In this document: piece by piece, positions 63,113 to 64,000 of the stretch
Position numbering within the stretch: the stretch's first letter is position 1
Layout of the letters: every line of letters begins with the position of its first letter
NCBI GenBank assembly: GCA_963740955.1
Contig: CAVUGC010000003.1
Location: 5,455-69,454 of the forward strand
Reading direction: 5' to 3'
DNA from: an uncultured Actinomycetota bacterium
GTDB taxonomy: Bacteria; Actinomycetota; Actinomycetes; Mycobacteriales; Micromonosporaceae
Length of the DNA: 64,000 nt
Notes under the pieces: model-generated
The model's input: only the letters and a program-made list of their open reading frames with translations
Databases searched by the model: none
Told to the model about the DNA's origin: nothing
Position numbers and translations under genes: made by a program

Positions 63113-64000
63113 ATGAAGACCAGACTCCTCATCGCACTCGCCTCGGCGGCGACAGTCGCCGCCGCCGGCGCGTGCACCTCTCAATCCCCTGACGCCCAGA
63201 TCGAGTCACCCCCTTGGGTTCCCGTCTCGGCCCATCTCGCCGCCTACGAGTCCTGCGACGACGCGCTCGAAGGCATCCAGGACGCGGCGGTCGCCGCGTA
63301 CAGCACCTGGGAGTTCAACGACGTCGCCCGCGGCGGCGAGATCGAGGACTCCGCGGCCGGCGCCGACGAGGGCATGGCCTCCGACAGCGCCGAGGCGCCC
63401 ACGCAGACCGACACCGACGACGCCTTCTCCGGGACCAACAACGCCGTGGAGGGCGTCGACGAGCCCGACATCGTGAAGACCGACGGCACGTTCGTCTACA
63501 GTGTCCTCGGCTACGCGCTGCGCGTGGTCGACACCCGCTCCGGCGAAATCGTCGCCGATCGCGACCTCGACGACGAGAGCTGGGACCACCAGCTGTTCCT
63601 CGGCGACGACGAGCTGCTCCTGATGTCCGACATGACCATCGAGCAGGGCGACGAGTACGTGAGCGAGTTCCGCCTCGACCGCCTCGACCCCGCGTCGCTG
63701 GAGATCCTCGACACCTTCACCATGGAGGGGTCCATGATGGACGCCCGCCTGGTGGACGGCGAGGTGCGCCTGGCCGTGGGCTCGGAGCCCCAGATCCAGC
63801 CGGTGTGGGAGTCGATGTGGAGCGAGGACACCACCGACGCCGACATCGAGGCGGCCGTGCGCCGCACCGAGATCGAGGACTGGCTCCCCGAGTTCAGCGT
63901 CAACGGCGAAGCGCAGCAAGTGGACTGCGCCGAGGTGGCGCATCCCGAGCGCTTCACCGGCTCCTCGGTGAGCGTGCTCGCGCTGCCCGCTGACGGCGAC
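63113..64000 (+). CDS. Beta-propeller-domain lipoprotein (partial, runs off the window; absent from the ORF track)
   Basis: MKTRLLIALASAATVAAAGAC lipoprotein signal; FSGTNNAVEGVDEPDIVKTDG signature; open frame to window end. Confidence 0.8.
   Translation, partial: MKTRLLIALASAATVAAAGACTSQSPDAQIESPPWVPVSAHLAAYESCDDALEGIQDAAVAAYSTWEFNDVARGGEIEDSAAGADEGMASDSAEAPTQTDTDDAFSGTNNAVEGVDEPDIVKTDGTFVYSVLGYALRVVDTRSGEIVADRDLDDESWDHQLFLGDDELLLMSDMTIEQGDEYVSEFRLDRLDPASLEILDTFTMEGSMMDARLVDGEVRLAVGSEPQIQPVWESMWSEDTTDADIEAAVRRTEIEDWLPEFSVNGEAQQVDCAEVAHPERFTGSSVSVLALPADGD

Overview
High-GC actinomycete chromosomal segment; gene content and order suggest a Glycomyces/Micromonospora-like organism (inference). 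It is mostly core genes: an EtfD/FadF-like Fe-S oxidoreductase, tadA, an osaA/osaB/osaC-like signalling locus followed by STAS and PrsW genes, NlpC/P60, cysteine dioxygenase, nnr, acpS, dacB, glmS, thpR, sepH, mqnB/mqnD, a cold-shock gene, an orphan larE, a FadE5-like acyl-CoA dehydrogenase, two tandem trypsins, tRNA-Gly(CCC) and a BxlEFG-like sugar ABC transporter. An accessory block at about 36-52.5 kb holds a SARP/NB-ARC regulator, an EbfC/EspL-like protein, two paralogous TPR-like membrane proteins and WXG100/type VII-substrate-like genes. Many genes carry indels, clustered at about 0-6 kb and 49.8-57 kb, which look like sequencing errors. The most striking unexplained structure is a dispersed intergenic repeat family with 12 copies found by eye. 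Consensus is TGTCRN-N10-HAnnnT-N3-7-(C/T)CGGGGGCCC plus a ~50-bp diverging tail. The head matches the geometry of the actinobacterial RecA-NDp/PafBC DNA-damage promoter. Copies occur as tandem or inverted near-identical neighbours, and 9 of 12 point into the 3' end of the adjacent gene. No transposase, integrase, cas gene or CRISPR array was seen.
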